DNA of 63,960 bases, filler included, from Globobulimina sp. (Eukaryota): NCBI GenBank assembly GCA_003354225.1. It is 25 parts of 25 records of this genome, joined end to end, with 100 filler letters (N's around TTAATTAATTAA, not from the genome) between each part and the next. Parts side by side here need not be neighbours in the genome. Positions count along the whole stretch, not along the records: positions 35,882 to 38,343 come from PIVH01006560.1; positions 38,444 to 40,905 come from PIVH01006561.1; positions 41,006 to 43,467 come from PIVH01006562.1; positions 43,568 to 46,029 come from PIVH01006563.1; positions 46,130 to 48,591 come from PIVH01006564.1; 20 more parts are not named here. One strand, given 5' to 3'. Position numbers and translations under genes: made by a program. Below the pieces are notes generated by a model that ran no database searches, had not been told where the DNA came from, and saw nothing but the letters and a program-made list of their open reading frames with translations. How positions within the stretch are numbered: position 1 is the first letter of the stretch; each line of letters starts with the position of its first letter. Positions 35,882 through 47,872 of this stretch are shown piece after piece.

Positions 35882-36900
35882 TTTTAATGTTTCATTTGGT
35901 TGTGGAAAATATACAGTTTTGGTTGAACCATTACCACATTCATACTCATCATTCCTTCCGAAACAATATATCTTATTTATTTATTAAAATATATTACAGA
36001 CAACAATATAAAAATAAATAAACACAAAAAGAACAAAACTTTGTTATTTAAGGATAATAATATATTATGCCAATAACCACAACATATTTTACCAATTTTA
36101 ATATTGTTTTGAATAAAATATTGTATTCTTGTTGGTGCATATCTTATATTAGCATCTCCATGGCCTAAATTACCATTGGCACCAAATCCCCACGACCAAA
36201 CACCATAATTATCATCAATTGCTAAGGTATGATAACATCCACAATATAAATCCTTAAATTTTATTTTTGTTTGAATTTCTTGAATATTTGGGGATAATTT
36301 AATATCTTTACCTAATCCTAAACCACCAAAACCACCATCATAACCAGCAACATATATTTTACCATTACTTAAAAATGTTGTATAATTCCCTGATGTGGCT
36401 ACTTTTTGAATCGATAATGATGTATTAATTGGTGTCCATTGCTTATTTTTTTTATTTGTTTTGATACCAAATTGATTATAATAATTCTCTCCGACCGCAT
36501 ATAATTTATTCTCATTTGAAATACAAAATGAATGTGCTGATCCGTTTGGTGCTGAAAATATATTTTTTATCTTCATATCTTTCATTTGATGCCATATATT
36601 AATATCACCACAACATTCATATGTTCCATCATCAAATAAAATATATGCTACACCATTCCAATCACTACCACAAGTTACAATATTTTTTATTTCTTTTTCA
36701 AATGTTTTTATTTTTGTTATTTGTTTAATGCCTTCATATCCTCCATTTCGAATAGAATATAAATCAAATATTTTATATATTAAATAATGAAATGCATGAA
36801 TGATACTAATAATATCTGTATGGATGTATTGAGTCCTATATTTCCTGATGTATCCACTTACTAATAATTGGGACAGTCTTTTCCTGACAGCATTGTTCAT
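35882..36900 (-). CDS. RCC1-repeat protein with N-terminal GYIR module, 3' partial
   Basis: CGCYHTL, WSWGFGANGNLGHG, CGYWH; intron 35972-36039. Confidence 0.88.
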
Positions 36901-37066
36901 AGCTGATTTTTTTTTGGATACTAACTAGCTGACTTCAACAAAATGGTGAGATGATGAGATCATTATAGATAGACTTGTGAAAAACAGCATATTTTGCGTT
37001 TAAATTCCAAATTATTGATTTGTTTTATATAAATAATATAATTATTAAAACAATTCTTTTATCTCA

Positions 37067-37987
37067 ATGACCACTTACACGGAACAATCGCAACCATCTG
37101 ATTGGAGTTGTTCAGTGTGCACATTCAAAAATACATCATCACCTCAAATATGTCACATATGTGGACAGCATCGCCAATGCAAAGATGAGTATAAATATAC
37201 AATTGATGAAGAAAGCAAACTGAAACCAAAAGCAAAAATACGTTCAAACAATGAACAGAATCCACAGAAGTCGGAAGACATCAACAAAAACGTAGATGCA
37301 CAAATATTTAGATATAACAAATATGATATTCCTATTTTTGGTGTTTTACTCATTGCCGGTTCAATTGTTCTTATTCTTGGGATATTCGATATTTTACAAA
37401 TATATTATACGCTCATTGCATTCATTGGGTATGTTATATCCATCACAATGGCCGTCATGTTAAACGCAGACGAAATTGCATTGAAAACAAAAATCAAAAT
37501 ATTAGCAACATCATATTTTATTATATTAACTGTATTATCTGTGTTAAGCGCAAGCTTTGTTAACATCTCAATGTCAGGATATATTACCACCACATCGCTA
37601 TTATCGTCGTGGATCATCATTATAATAATGTTTTGCTATGAATATGGTAAAAATGGTACATTAGCATCAAAAGTAAAGTATTTATTGAACATACAAGCGC
37701 TTATTGTCCCGGTATTCGTTCATTTTGCTGACATCGCAACTGATATTGGCACAACGTTTGAATATTACCAAAGGTCCCAATCAGATTATGATGGAAGTAT
37801 TGAGTACGATGCCATATTTTCTGCTTCAGTCTTTATCTTAATTTTTTCTCGAATTGTCGAAGCTTACATTATTTGGTATCATACGCGATCAATATTTGAC
37901 ACAATATTGCAATTTTTCGATGTCTATCTGATAAAAACACTCGGCATTGAATGGAAATTAAATTACAGAGAAGCCGGCATTGTATAA
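37067..37987 (+). CDS. RanBP2/NZF zinc finger + multi-pass membrane protein, probably truncated
   Basis: WSCSVCTFKN......CHIC; several TMs; ADIATDI; ends at a bacterial-like fragment. Confidence 0.7.
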   Translation: MTTYTEQSQPSDWSCSVCTFKNTSSPQICHICGQHRQCKDEYKYTIDEESKLKPKAKIRSNNEQNPQKSEDINKNVDAQIFRYNKYDIPIFGVLLIAGSIVLILGIFDILQIYYTLIAFIGYVISITMAVMLNADEIALKTKIKILATSYFIILTVLSVLSASFVNISMSGYITTTSLLSSWIIIIIMFCYEYGKNGTLASKVKYLLNIQALIVPVFVHFADIATDIGTTFEYYQRSQSDYDGSIEYDAIFSASVFILIFSRIVEAYIIWYHTRSIFDTILQFFDVYLIKTLGIEWKLNYREAGIV

Positions 37988-38002
37988 ACAGAGCAGTAAG
38001 TA

Positions 38003-38232
38003 TTGGTAACAACCTTAATTAACGAGGCAACGCCTATCACCGCCCCGCTTATATTTGTTCTTGACGATTATCATGTTATTACCAATCAACTTATTCACGA
38101 TAGTTTGACCTTTTTACTTGATAACATGCCTCCGCATTTCCATCTGGTGATTGCCAGTCGAGAAGAACCACCGCTACCTTTAGCTCGTTTACGAGGCCGA
38201 GGGCAACTGACCGAATTGGGTCTGGCCGATTT
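38003..38232 (+). other. Bacterial MalT-like (LuxR/STAND) regulator fragment
   Basis: FVLDDYHVI...IH..LTFLL..MP...HLVIASREEPPLPLARLRGRGQL.E....DL; higher GC than flanks. Confidence 0.85.
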
Positions 38233-38722
38233 AACGTTATTTGTAACATGATGGTTTCTTCTCGTTTGCTTCCCAAAATGACAGTTTCCAATCGCAATCG
38301 CGAAAGCCTTTCATAGAGGGCCAGCCTCCGATGTGAATTCTATNNNNNNNNNNNNNNNNNNNNNNNNNNNNNNNNNNNNNNNNNNNNTTAATTAATTAAN
38401 NNNNNNNNNNNNNNNNNNNNNNNNNNNNNNNNNNNNNNNNNNNTTATTATATGCTCATTATTATAAATCACTTCCCCTTCTCCTGAAACAATGTTTTGTT
38501 GATGCATTTAGTTAGAAGTGACCTGTGTAATTCAAATCCTTTTCAGATAAAATGTGGAGTTATTTTGCACACAGGTTCTCGTGCCCAGAGTTTCAATAAT
38601 GGTTTTTGCTAAATTAGATGTTGCAAAAATATATTTCCCTAATTTAGCAGTTTTTAAACTCCTAAAAAACAGCTTAGTCCAGTTGTGCGTTGTGTATTAA
38701 ATTAAAGTTTAAAAGTTTAATA

Positions 38723-40663
38723 ATGAGCTCACTTGGTTTAATTGGTGGTTCAATTGTTCAATTGAATGGTAACAATGTTAAAATTAACCTATCATGTCAT
38801 TATGATACTACCTTATCAAATTACAAGACAATAATATCAATGTCATGTCATTCAATGCGTTATGTCTGGTATGATATGCCACAAAATTCAACCATTGGAC
38901 ATTTATTAAATAAAATAAGAAAAATATATAACATCAATATAGAATCTATTCAAGAGTTTGATCTTTCCACTCAGATTCCAGACATTCACAAGATTCTCAA
39001 TTCTAATTTGAACATTGCACAAAACATAAATAAACTCGTTGTTCATTTGAATGATAATAACAATTCAAACGAAAATCAATTTGAAATACAACCATTAATT
39101 AATAAGAATGCAGATTATAATCTGTTAAAGAAACGATTGTCGCCATTTTTAGATAATATTTATTGTCCATTACAATGTGTATTAAGATATAATAACAACA
39201 CTAACCACAAAATCTATAACGACGTACCAAATAAAGCGCAAATCACCGATTTTCTTAATAATATAAAGGCGTACGCATCAAATGTAGCATCTATGGACGT
39301 CTTGTTACCATCGATGGTGATCAAAATCCATCACCAATGTAAACTATATTTTTTTTATGCATTTACTAATATGATATTTTTATATTCAAACGAGAATAAA
39401 TTGATATCAGAAATTGCCTCGAAAATAATAAATAATAAATATAATGTAAGTTTCAATGATATTTTAGATTTATTGCCGGCTGCAGATGGCTATACCTTTA
39501 TAGATGCAAACAATAAATACTTTGAATTAGATTTGTATCAGGAAATAGATGCCAATCTATTGAGTTTACACACCGCGCCAATCGCGGAAAACACTTGTAA
39601 TCGATGTGTAATTTGCCAAGAGAATGTCTCCCAATCTCAGTTCACGAGAATCAATTGCTGTCATCATATATATCATTATCAATGTCTCAAACAATATCTT
39701 CAGCATTTAAGCAATACTGTCGCTAATCCATTGTGCCCATTATGTAGGAAATCGTTTACCTCATTACAAGTGCATAACAATTTGCTACTGCAAACATTAG
39801 AAATTAACAACCCTGAATTTGATATTATTGCTCATGATCATGAATTGCAAGACAGCGATATCAGTTTTCCTTTATTCAGTGACATGGAAGAAGACGATGG
39901 GGATTTAATTGCGGTCTCAAATAATAACTACAACCACAACAATTTCTTGTCGCCGAGTTTTGATGAATTAGATGAATTTTACCGGATTGGATTATCATTA
40001 ATAGACAGTACGCGTACCACACAAAGTTCGAATATTACGGAGATTAACGATGAAAACGAACAAAATGAGCCAACTCCAATTGATGAACCAACCCCCGTTG
40101 AGAATGAGAGTGAACATAACATTAATAATAATGATAGAGATTCGTTATCATTCTCATCATATTCTGATAAAATTGGTCGTTTATCATTATCCAATGTCTC
40201 CATCTCCACATCGACAACGTTTACAGTGGGTGGCGCTGGCCGGGATCGAGAGAGTCAGAGTCAACCAATACGGCCATCACTGCAATATATTTATTCACCG
40301 CTACTCTATACAGACATAAGTAATGATGACAGCTCTCCCACACCGACCACTAAAGTCCAGATAAATCCATATAACATTATGGAAACAAAGACGATATCTA
40401 TTCCATTCTCTGATTTTTCATCTGCATCTGCTGATGATCTAAATGTGCAAACTTTCCCTTTAAGCAACAATAACAATAATAATAATAATAATACTAATCA
40501 GTACCTACGGCTCCGGCCGAGGTTAGGATTATATCCTATTGATTCAACGCAATCCATTCAATCAGAGGTATACGTATTGTATGTAATGTATACATATACA
40601 CTGTACATATATTATATATCGACAGAGACAGATATAAAAATAACAAAAAAAATAAATAGGTAA
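38723..40663 (+). CDS. RING-H2 E3 ligase-like protein with disordered C-terminus (3' end may be spliced)
   Basis: CVICQE...CCHHIYHYQCL...CPLCR. Confidence 0.75.
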   Translation: MSSLGLIGGSIVQLNGNNVKINLSCHYDTTLSNYKTIISMSCHSMRYVWYDMPQNSTIGHLLNKIRKIYNINIESIQEFDLSTQIPDIHKILNSNLNIAQNINKLVVHLNDNNNSNENQFEIQPLINKNADYNLLKKRLSPFLDNIYCPLQCVLRYNNNTNHKIYNDVPNKAQITDFLNNIKAYASNVASMDVLLPSMVIKIHHQCKLYFFYAFTNMIFLYSNENKLISEIASKIINNKYNVSFNDILDLLPAADGYTFIDANNKYFELDLYQEIDANLLSLHTAPIAENTCNRCVICQENVSQSQFTRINCCHHIYHYQCLKQYLQHLSNTVANPLCPLCRKSFTSLQVHNNLLLQTLEINNPEFDIIAHDHELQDSDISFPLFSDMEEDDGDLIAVSNNNYNHNNFLSPSFDELDEFYRIGLSLIDSTRTTQSSNITEINDENEQNEPTPIDEPTPVENESEHNINNNDRDSLSFSSYSDKIGRLSLSNVSISTSTTFTVGGAGRDRESQSQPIRPSLQYIYSPLLYTDISNDDSSPTPTTKVQINPYNIMETKTISIPFSDFSSASADDLNVQTFPLSNNNNNNNNNTNQYLRLRPRLGLYPIDSTQSIQSEVYVLYVMYTYTLYIYYISTETDIKITKKINR

Positions 40664-41005
40664 ATCGTTTATAGCTGATATATCGTAAAAATATTTTTTA
40701 GATTGTTGAAATTTCGCGAGATAATTTATTTCTCCCTCCCTCCCAAAAAAAAGAAAAAAGAAAATATATTTTCATATATTATGTGTTTTTGACTTTGTTA
40801 CTTTTTTTTTGGTCTGTTGTATTAAACTATGTGATACGTTTTGTTGTGAATTGTTTTTTTTTATTTTATTTTTTTCCTACCTCCTTTGATTGCGTGTGAT
40901 TAGTGNNNNNNNNNNNNNNNNNNNNNNNNNNNNNNNNNNNNNNNNNNNNTTAATTAATTAANNNNNNNNNNNNNNNNNNNNNNNNNNNNNNNNNNNNNNN
41001 NNNNN

Positions 41006-43467
41006 ATACAAAGTGCATTATACAGGCACGGAGACTGCCATATGGTACAGAGAAACTTTAATAGTCACTCCGATAAATCCTCCTCCAAATTATAACCGTA
41101 ACTGCCGTACAAAAAACTGCCATCTCACAAGTGTCATTCTCCACTGCGGCGACGAAGACATAGGAATTCATTCACTTTACAATTGTCCCCGCAATCCAAA
41201 TATCAACCAATTATTTGATTATCCCTTGAATGTTAATAAAAATATAATTGCGGGAGATTTCAATGTCCCAAATGTGATTTGGGGCAGTAATTCATCCACA
41301 AATGAGTCAAATGAGTTTATTGATGGATTAAACTTCTTGGGAATGCAAATTCTAAATATTAATAATCCATCTTATACACATATCCACAAATCCTATAAAA
41401 CGCGTTCCGCCATTGATCTAACGCTCATTTCTGACAATCTCAAACATACAAACTGGTCAATTCTCCATTCGTTGTATGAACCAAACTGCTCCGACCACGT
41501 TCCCATTGTTACTACCTTTGAAATGGAGAACGTTTTTGGTTTTAGCGAAACTAAGAAAACTTGGAACCTGTCGGACCACAAAAAATGGAGTAAATATTCG
41601 GAAACGCTGGAGAAGAATATAAATGATACAATATTTGATCAGGACCCAAATGTATATACAGAACAATTAACGTATTTAATCCTATATACTGCAGAAATGT
41701 CCATAGGATATAAACATTATTACCGTGGCCACAAACCATGGTGGAATAACAAAATAAAACAACTAAAAAGGAAATGTAAACGACTTCGACGTCGAATACA
41801 GAGAATGAAACGAAAAGCAAAGAGATATTCCACGGACTTCCATATATTCCCTAGATATAAACGCTTAAAACCACTCCTAAATAAATTGCAATCGCAGAAA
41901 ATAAAAGCAATCCAAAATGCCAAATCCAAATATAATGCCAAAATAAATAAATATATACAAACTTGCAAAGATTATGGTCGCCGTTTCTGGCGAACAATAT
42001 CTAGCAATAAAACTAATGATATTAACACAAATAACATTCCCCCATTAAACTTTAAAAATAATAATAACATAATTGACCCACATAAACAAGCAAAAGCTTT
42101 ACAGGAAGCGATGACACGTCCTCCAAAACCAAAAGCCAGTGCTTCCCATAACGAATGGCATAAATACGTAAATAAATTTGTCCCGGAATTCCTTAATAAA
42201 CATAGAAATTCCACTGTAAATAATTCAAATGATTCATATAAAATAAATAAAGATAAAATAGTACAAAATAAACAATCCAAACTAAAAACTCCTTCACAAA
42301 TAAATACATCGATAAGAATACCAAATAATGAATACCAACTATTAAATGACCCAATCCTAAAATATGAAATCCGGTCAGTAATCAAAAAATTAGATACACA
42401 TAAAGCATACGGCCCGGATAGAATACATAACCAAATGATTAAACATGGCGGGGAGCCGCTCATTGAATGCATACTTCCGTTATTTAATAAATGTATGATA
42501 CTTGGAGTATTCCCGGGATATTGGAACTTCTCCCATTTACTGCCAATACCAAAGCCAAATAAAGACCACAGCAATCCAAAAAATTACAGACCCATTGCGG
42601 TCTCTTCATGCCTTGGAAGAGTTTTTGAAAAGATACTAGCAAACAGACTTCAACACTTCTGCGTTGCCAATAAAATATTTGATAATTTCCAATGTGGCTT
42701 CCAAATCAACCGTTGCTGCGATGATGTGTTAACAACTTTTATAACTGACATACAAACATCTTTTGATATGGTCAGTGATACCGATGTCGTTTTTACCGAC
42801 TTCTCAAAAGCATATGATAGTGTTTGGCATAATGGTCTAATATATAAACTAATTAAAAATAACATAAAAGGAAATATATTAAATGTTCTTGCCTCTTTCA
42901 TACAAACAAGATTCACAAAAGTCATAGCCAAAAAAGCAGAGTCGAATTGGGTTGCTCAACCAATCGGAGTACCACAGGGATCGGCACTATCCCCTATCCT
43001 ATATATAATTTTTACAAATGATTTCCTTCTCAAATATCCAAATTTCGTCCACTTTGCATGCTTTGCAGACGACACTGCTTTCTGGACTAGTCCAGGCACA
43101 AAGGACCCAATCCGCTACAAATTCCTCCAAAAAGAACTAAATAACTTCGGAGATTGGTGCGAAAAATGGCAGCTACTCATAAATCCATCAAAGTGCCTTT
43201 CAATGAATTTCTCGCACGTCATTATCCTAAATTCAAAGAGCAAATTGACCAAAATTCCAATAAAAAAGTCCAAATAAGTAAATATAATATAAATTCTATT
43301 CCAATACATTACGCGAAATCAGCCAGATACCTCGGATTATGGTTTGATGATAGATTAAATTTCCATGCCCATTTTGCGAGAATTAAAGCCAAATCCATGC
43401 GTAGTTACTGGCGGCTATATTTTACCATGAAATCAGGCATTAAATTGACTCCAATGTCCATTGCAAT
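41006..43467 (+). mobile_element. Non-LTR retrotransposon ORF2 (APE endonuclease + RT), partial, frameshift near 43215
   Basis: GDFN, SAIDL, SDH (APE); YRPI, DFSKAYD, GVPQGSALSP, FADD, YLG (RT). Confidence 0.95.
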
Positions 43468-43569
43468 NNNNNNNNNNNNNNNNNNNNNNNNNNNNNNNNN
43501 NNNNNNNNNNNTTAATTAATTAANNNNNNNNNNNNNNNNNNNNNNNNNNNNNNNNNNNNNNNNNNNNGC

Positions 43570-44526
43570 ACCGAGTTTAATGCGACGTGCAGTACCACCA
43601 CCCGACCAGGCATTGCGTGGTCGTTTGCGTTCAGTGCCATTGTAGTACAGATTGAGAAACCGGAATGGAAGCATGGCGCGAGATTCATGAATGTTGTGCC
43701 GTTCAGCGCGTATAAACACGAAGACGAACATTTGTTTGTGGGGCCGGATAATTTCCTGAAAATTGCCTGTATTCATCAGAATTTATCGACGAAAATTACA
43801 TCGACTGAGCCGTTGTTATTGTTGCAAATGTTGACGCGTAAAATGGCCAATTCTATCGATATGAAAAAATATATACAGACTGCGGCCAGGAATAATATTT
43901 TAAACGATTTGTGTCATAATTTAAAGGAGATAGAGACTTTAGAAAATAAGGAAAATAGTAATGAATATAAATACGAGTTAACAAATTTGTTTTTGGAGAA
44001 AACAGCAAAATTGTATATTAAAGTGAAATTAATTCAAGATTTGGTTCGTTGTTGGATGAAAGGGAAAGGAAATCAAAAAAATGGAGGTGAAAATTTATTA
44101 TTTTGGTTAATCGATGGCGATGTTGATGTGATGTATAAAAAAAAGGAATTTCAAATTAATTTTTTTGGAATAAATCAATTGTTTCGAAATATTACAGAGG
44201 TTACATTTGATTTTAGGTCGTCGAATCTGAAATTATCGCATACGGAAAAGGTAAACAATATAACATGGGATAATATCATTCAATATATGTTTAGAAACAA
44301 ATCCAGCAAACCTAATGACTCGAAAGTGTGTAAAATTGTATTGCGCAGATTAGCTAAATTGCCATCAAATGAACTTATCAATAGAATTCAAAACAAATTA
44401 AAATTAAAAGATTCACGATGGGATGTTCGAGCGGTTGCAAATACCATCATATTTTTCAGAGGATCGACACAATATATCCATAGAAAACAGAATCCTAAAA
44501 AACATGAAAAGCATTCTAAATCTTAA
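43570..44526 (+). CDS. ADP-ribosyltransferase-like domain protein, 5' partial
   Basis: Frame open upstream of 43687: CSTTT..IAWSF...FSAYKHEDEHLF (STS-like and ExE motifs). Confidence 0.55.
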   Translation, partial: TEFNATCSTTTRPGIAWSFAFSAIVVQIEKPEWKHGARFMNVVPFSAYKHEDEHLFVGPDNFLKIACIHQNLSTKITSTEPLLLLQMLTRKMANSIDMKKYIQTAARNNILNDLCHNLKEIETLENKENSNEYKYELTNLFLEKTAKLYIKVKLIQDLVRCWMKGKGNQKNGGENLLFWLIDGDVDVMYKKKEFQINFFGINQLFRNITEVTFDFRSSNLKLSHTEKVNNITWDNIIQYMFRNKSSKPNDSKVCKIVLRRLAKLPSNELINRIQNKLKLKDSRWDVRAVANTIIFFRGSTQYIHRKQNPKKHEKHSKS

Positions 44527-44724
44527 TATTAAGCATCAAAAAGACAAACCGAAAGTGCAACGAAAACGGAAGGCACTCTCGGACAAATTGGCTCTTTTGA
44601 AAAGTAAATTGTCCAAATAACTCGTTCAAATATGTTAATTGTTATTTGTTTATCATAAATTAAAAATTGCTCTTACAAATATTGTAAAAACGAAAACGTT
44701 TTATACATTTAGCAACGTAATCAG

Positions 44725-45261
44725 ATGTGGTCATTAAATTTTGCCTTTTTAATATATACACTTGTTCCAACTTTATCGAGTCATCCATGTAATTGGTTTG
44801 TATGGTCGCCTCCATACGAGGTTCCCATTGGTGTATGTTTTAGCAATATTGTTAAATCTGGAAATTCATCAGAAATGTTTACATGCCCATTTACGCAAAA
44901 CATATTCGAAAATAATGCAGAATGCAACGGAAGAGCGTCTGCGAAAAGAGCTTTCCATCCAACTGTCGGTGAATGCTATATAAAGGATTGCACCGACTCT
45001 GATCCGTTGGTACGTTTCAAACAGAACCAAAGTGGTAATTGTACAGAGGGTGAGGTTGAGTATTCTGTAGAGGTATTATTAACAAATGATTGTGTAACTA
45101 TGGATGATTCCACTTCAATAATGGCAAAATGCAATGAAACTACAATCAGTTTTGAATTTTATGGAGATACGGAATGTGAAAATGTGGTGAAACAAAACAT
45201 ATTACATAATGGATGTAATGACCCTGCGCCTAATGGGAACGTGGTATATATAGAGAATTAG
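44725..45261 (+). CDS. Secreted/surface Cys-rich protein (3' end may be spliced)
   Basis: Signal-peptide-like start; regularly spaced Cys. Confidence 0.55.
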   Translation: MWSLNFAFLIYTLVPTLSSHPCNWFVWSPPYEVPIGVCFSNIVKSGNSSEMFTCPFTQNIFENNAECNGRASAKRAFHPTVGECYIKDCTDSDPLVRFKQNQSGNCTEGEVEYSVEVLLTNDCVTMDDSTSIMAKCNETTISFEFYGDTECENVVKQNILHNGCNDPAPNGNVVYIEN

Positions 45262-46129
45262 AGATTATAAATTGTAGTGTTCCAACGCCAATCTATGATC
45301 ATAAATTTGTTAAGATTAAATATACGCAATTTCGGGTAAAACAGATTTTTAATTGTGATATAAATAATTTATAGGATGCTGGTTCTAGTTTAAAACAGAA
45401 TAATTTGCAACAAATGTTGGATACATATCGGTATATATTATATATGTTTTGTGTGTCTAGTCTGTAATGGAAATTAATATAAATAGCGGTTTACATAAAG
45501 AACAAGGAGAGTTGATGTATATTGAAATGGTACGTATGGTAACTATGGTTGGTGAAAAATGACAAAAAATCTTATATGATCGTGTTTCACTTTATATCAT
45601 TTAGTATGATCTATTGTTTTTCATACTCAGTATACAACAAAAAATCACGATTGGGTACGAGGTTTATGGACGTTGCCATATCACTGACCATTAACTGCTT
45701 CTGAGCGGATTTAACTGAACGGAGCCTACACAAGTTAATTAGTGACTATTTAGTGACAATTTTTTAGTAACTATTTCAATACAAAAACGAAAAATGATAA
45801 CTATTTAGGAAATGTGTTTCGATCCAGTTTCCTTCAGTATTAAACGGAAGAGGTTTTTAACATAGTTGGCAGGATCTAGTAAATATTGCATGTCTAGCTT
45901 ACAAGATTTATTTTCTCAATCAAATTCTCAATTTTCTTCATTAAATTCATCATTGCGATATGATGATAAATCCGCAACTCAAAAACCAATTTATTATATC
46001 GATATGAAAATTCAAATCCTATCGAATTGNNNNNNNNNNNNNNNNNNNNNNNNNNNNNNNNNNNNNNNNNNNNTTAATTAATTAANNNNNNNNNNNNNNN
46101 NNNNNNNNNNNNNNNNNNNNNNNNNNNNN

Positions 46130-46998
46130 ATACCATTCAAATTCTGTTTCCCATCCTTTCTGCAAATATTGTACTCCTGATACATCGTTGCAAACACTTG
46201 CCGCTGAATTAAACTCTGCCCAACATCCATCGAATAATAAACGAAATAATTCTACATAAACAGATTTAATTGTATATAAATATGTAAGTTTCAAACAGAA
46301 CATACGTTATAATTACCACTCCTCGCATATTTTGTGTTGACAGCAGCAATAGATTTACGATATAATGCGGCTGGATAATCAGATATTAAATGTGAGCCAG
46401 TGCTCATACCACTTTTTTGGTAAAAAAAACCAATAGGATGAGTACATGGACCGTTTTTTAATTCAATTGAAACACCTATTTCGATTCTACCTTCAATTTC
46501 AATCTTTTGGTCCTCATGAAAATATATTTCAACTCTGAAAAATATTACAGATAAACTTTATTTAGCAAAAAAACATAATCATACGTACCCTGTACTGCAA
46601 CCATCTTGAACAGATGCTGAACATATACATTTCACAAAATAACAATTTCTAACCATCCTTAATCCAGAACCTTTCTCTGGAATCACCGGAACAATCCAAT
46701 AAGGATAATTCTCTGAATGCAATGAAAATGTATGTAACATTGAACGGATCTGTTTCATTTTCAACTCACCTTTTTTTATTTTATCAACATAATATTCAAT
46801 TGGAATCGTAAATAATATTGCTTCGTCATAATTAAATCTGACGAATGTCTCACAGTGAATGTTATCGACTGTAACTCGAACTGTGCCTGGATTCTGCACA
46901 TCATGCTGTAAACAAGAATGATTGAAATATTCATTATGTACTAATTGATAAGATAATGTAGATTTCCAAGAGTGTAAGGATGACTGGTTATTATTCAT
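46130..46998 (-). mobile_element. Intron-containing Sola-like DDE transposase, 3' partial
   Basis: Introns 46535-46588 and 46252-46316 give THPIGFFY...HLISD...LFDGCWAEF...EFEWY. Confidence 0.5.
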
Positions 46999-47270
46999 TA
47001 TGTGTGTGAAAGTTGTTGTTTGATAGAAATATTTTTCTATTTCTGCAGAAACACCGCTTCATAATCAGAATGTAAATGTAGCTGAGACTAACTAAGCTGA
47101 GACTAACTAACTGTCTAAAACTAACTAAGCAAGCTAAAATCATAAATCCTAAAATAAAACAATGCATCAGTTATTGATTATAAATGCATGCATCAGTCAT
47201 TGCCTTCTACATTGTTGATTGTTGTAATCCAATCCAATGAGCAATCATCACCACAGCATTATTGGTATTA

Positions 47271-47405
47271 GATATGGTATTTGATATGGTATTTGATATG
47301 GTATCTGATATGGTATCTGATATGGTATCTGATATGGTATTTGATATGGTATTTGATATGGTAACAGATAACAGAATAGATAACAGAATAGATAACAGAA
47401 TAGAT
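47271..47405. repeat. 12-bp minisatellite: about 8 x GATATGGTATYT (last unit hybrid), then 3 x GATAACAGAATA
   Basis: Read directly from the sequence. Confidence 0.95.
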
Positions 47406-47634
47406 TCATAAAATAGTATTTCATCAAGTAACATTAACCATTGAATTATAAATTGTGTAGTATTTTTCATTGAAATTCTACAGTGACAACTTAGTAGCGT
47501 CCATACGTACATATGGTTAAATGTGTTGTCGTTAGGGGTTGTTCTTATATTGCCCACTATTTAAATAATATACACCAACTTGCTGCCATGATTTCTTTTC
47601 TTTTTCCACAAAGCTATAGGTTTTTTGATTGAAC

Positions 47635-47810
47635 ATGTCACAGCAAGCAGATGACTGTCCAATCTGTTTACAATCACTAAAATACAATCAAGAAATATCA
47701 CATCTAGCATCATGTTGCCATAAGTTTCATAAACATTGTATTAAACAATGGCTGAGGATTACTGTATGTAATGATCGAGTATCATTGGTCCATGTTCAGA
47801 CTGTTGAAAA
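47635..47810 (+). pseudogene. Decayed RING-H2 domain
   Basis: CPIC...CCHKFHKHCI..WL; the final CxxC (CSDC-stop) lies in another frame. Confidence 0.55.
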
Positions 47811-47872
47811 TAAAATAAAATACATAGAAACATCCAACATGTCCCATATGTAGAGATTTAACAAGTATTGCA

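Noticed and set aside
41006-43467. RT as a retron, DGR or group II intron system
   Set aside because: APE domain and LINE-type RT motifs identify a eukaryotic non-LTR element; likewise the RLE element at 61539-63960
47207-47557. 116-aa ORF with TISN/SILL repeats
   Set aside because: By-product of the 12-bp minisatellite
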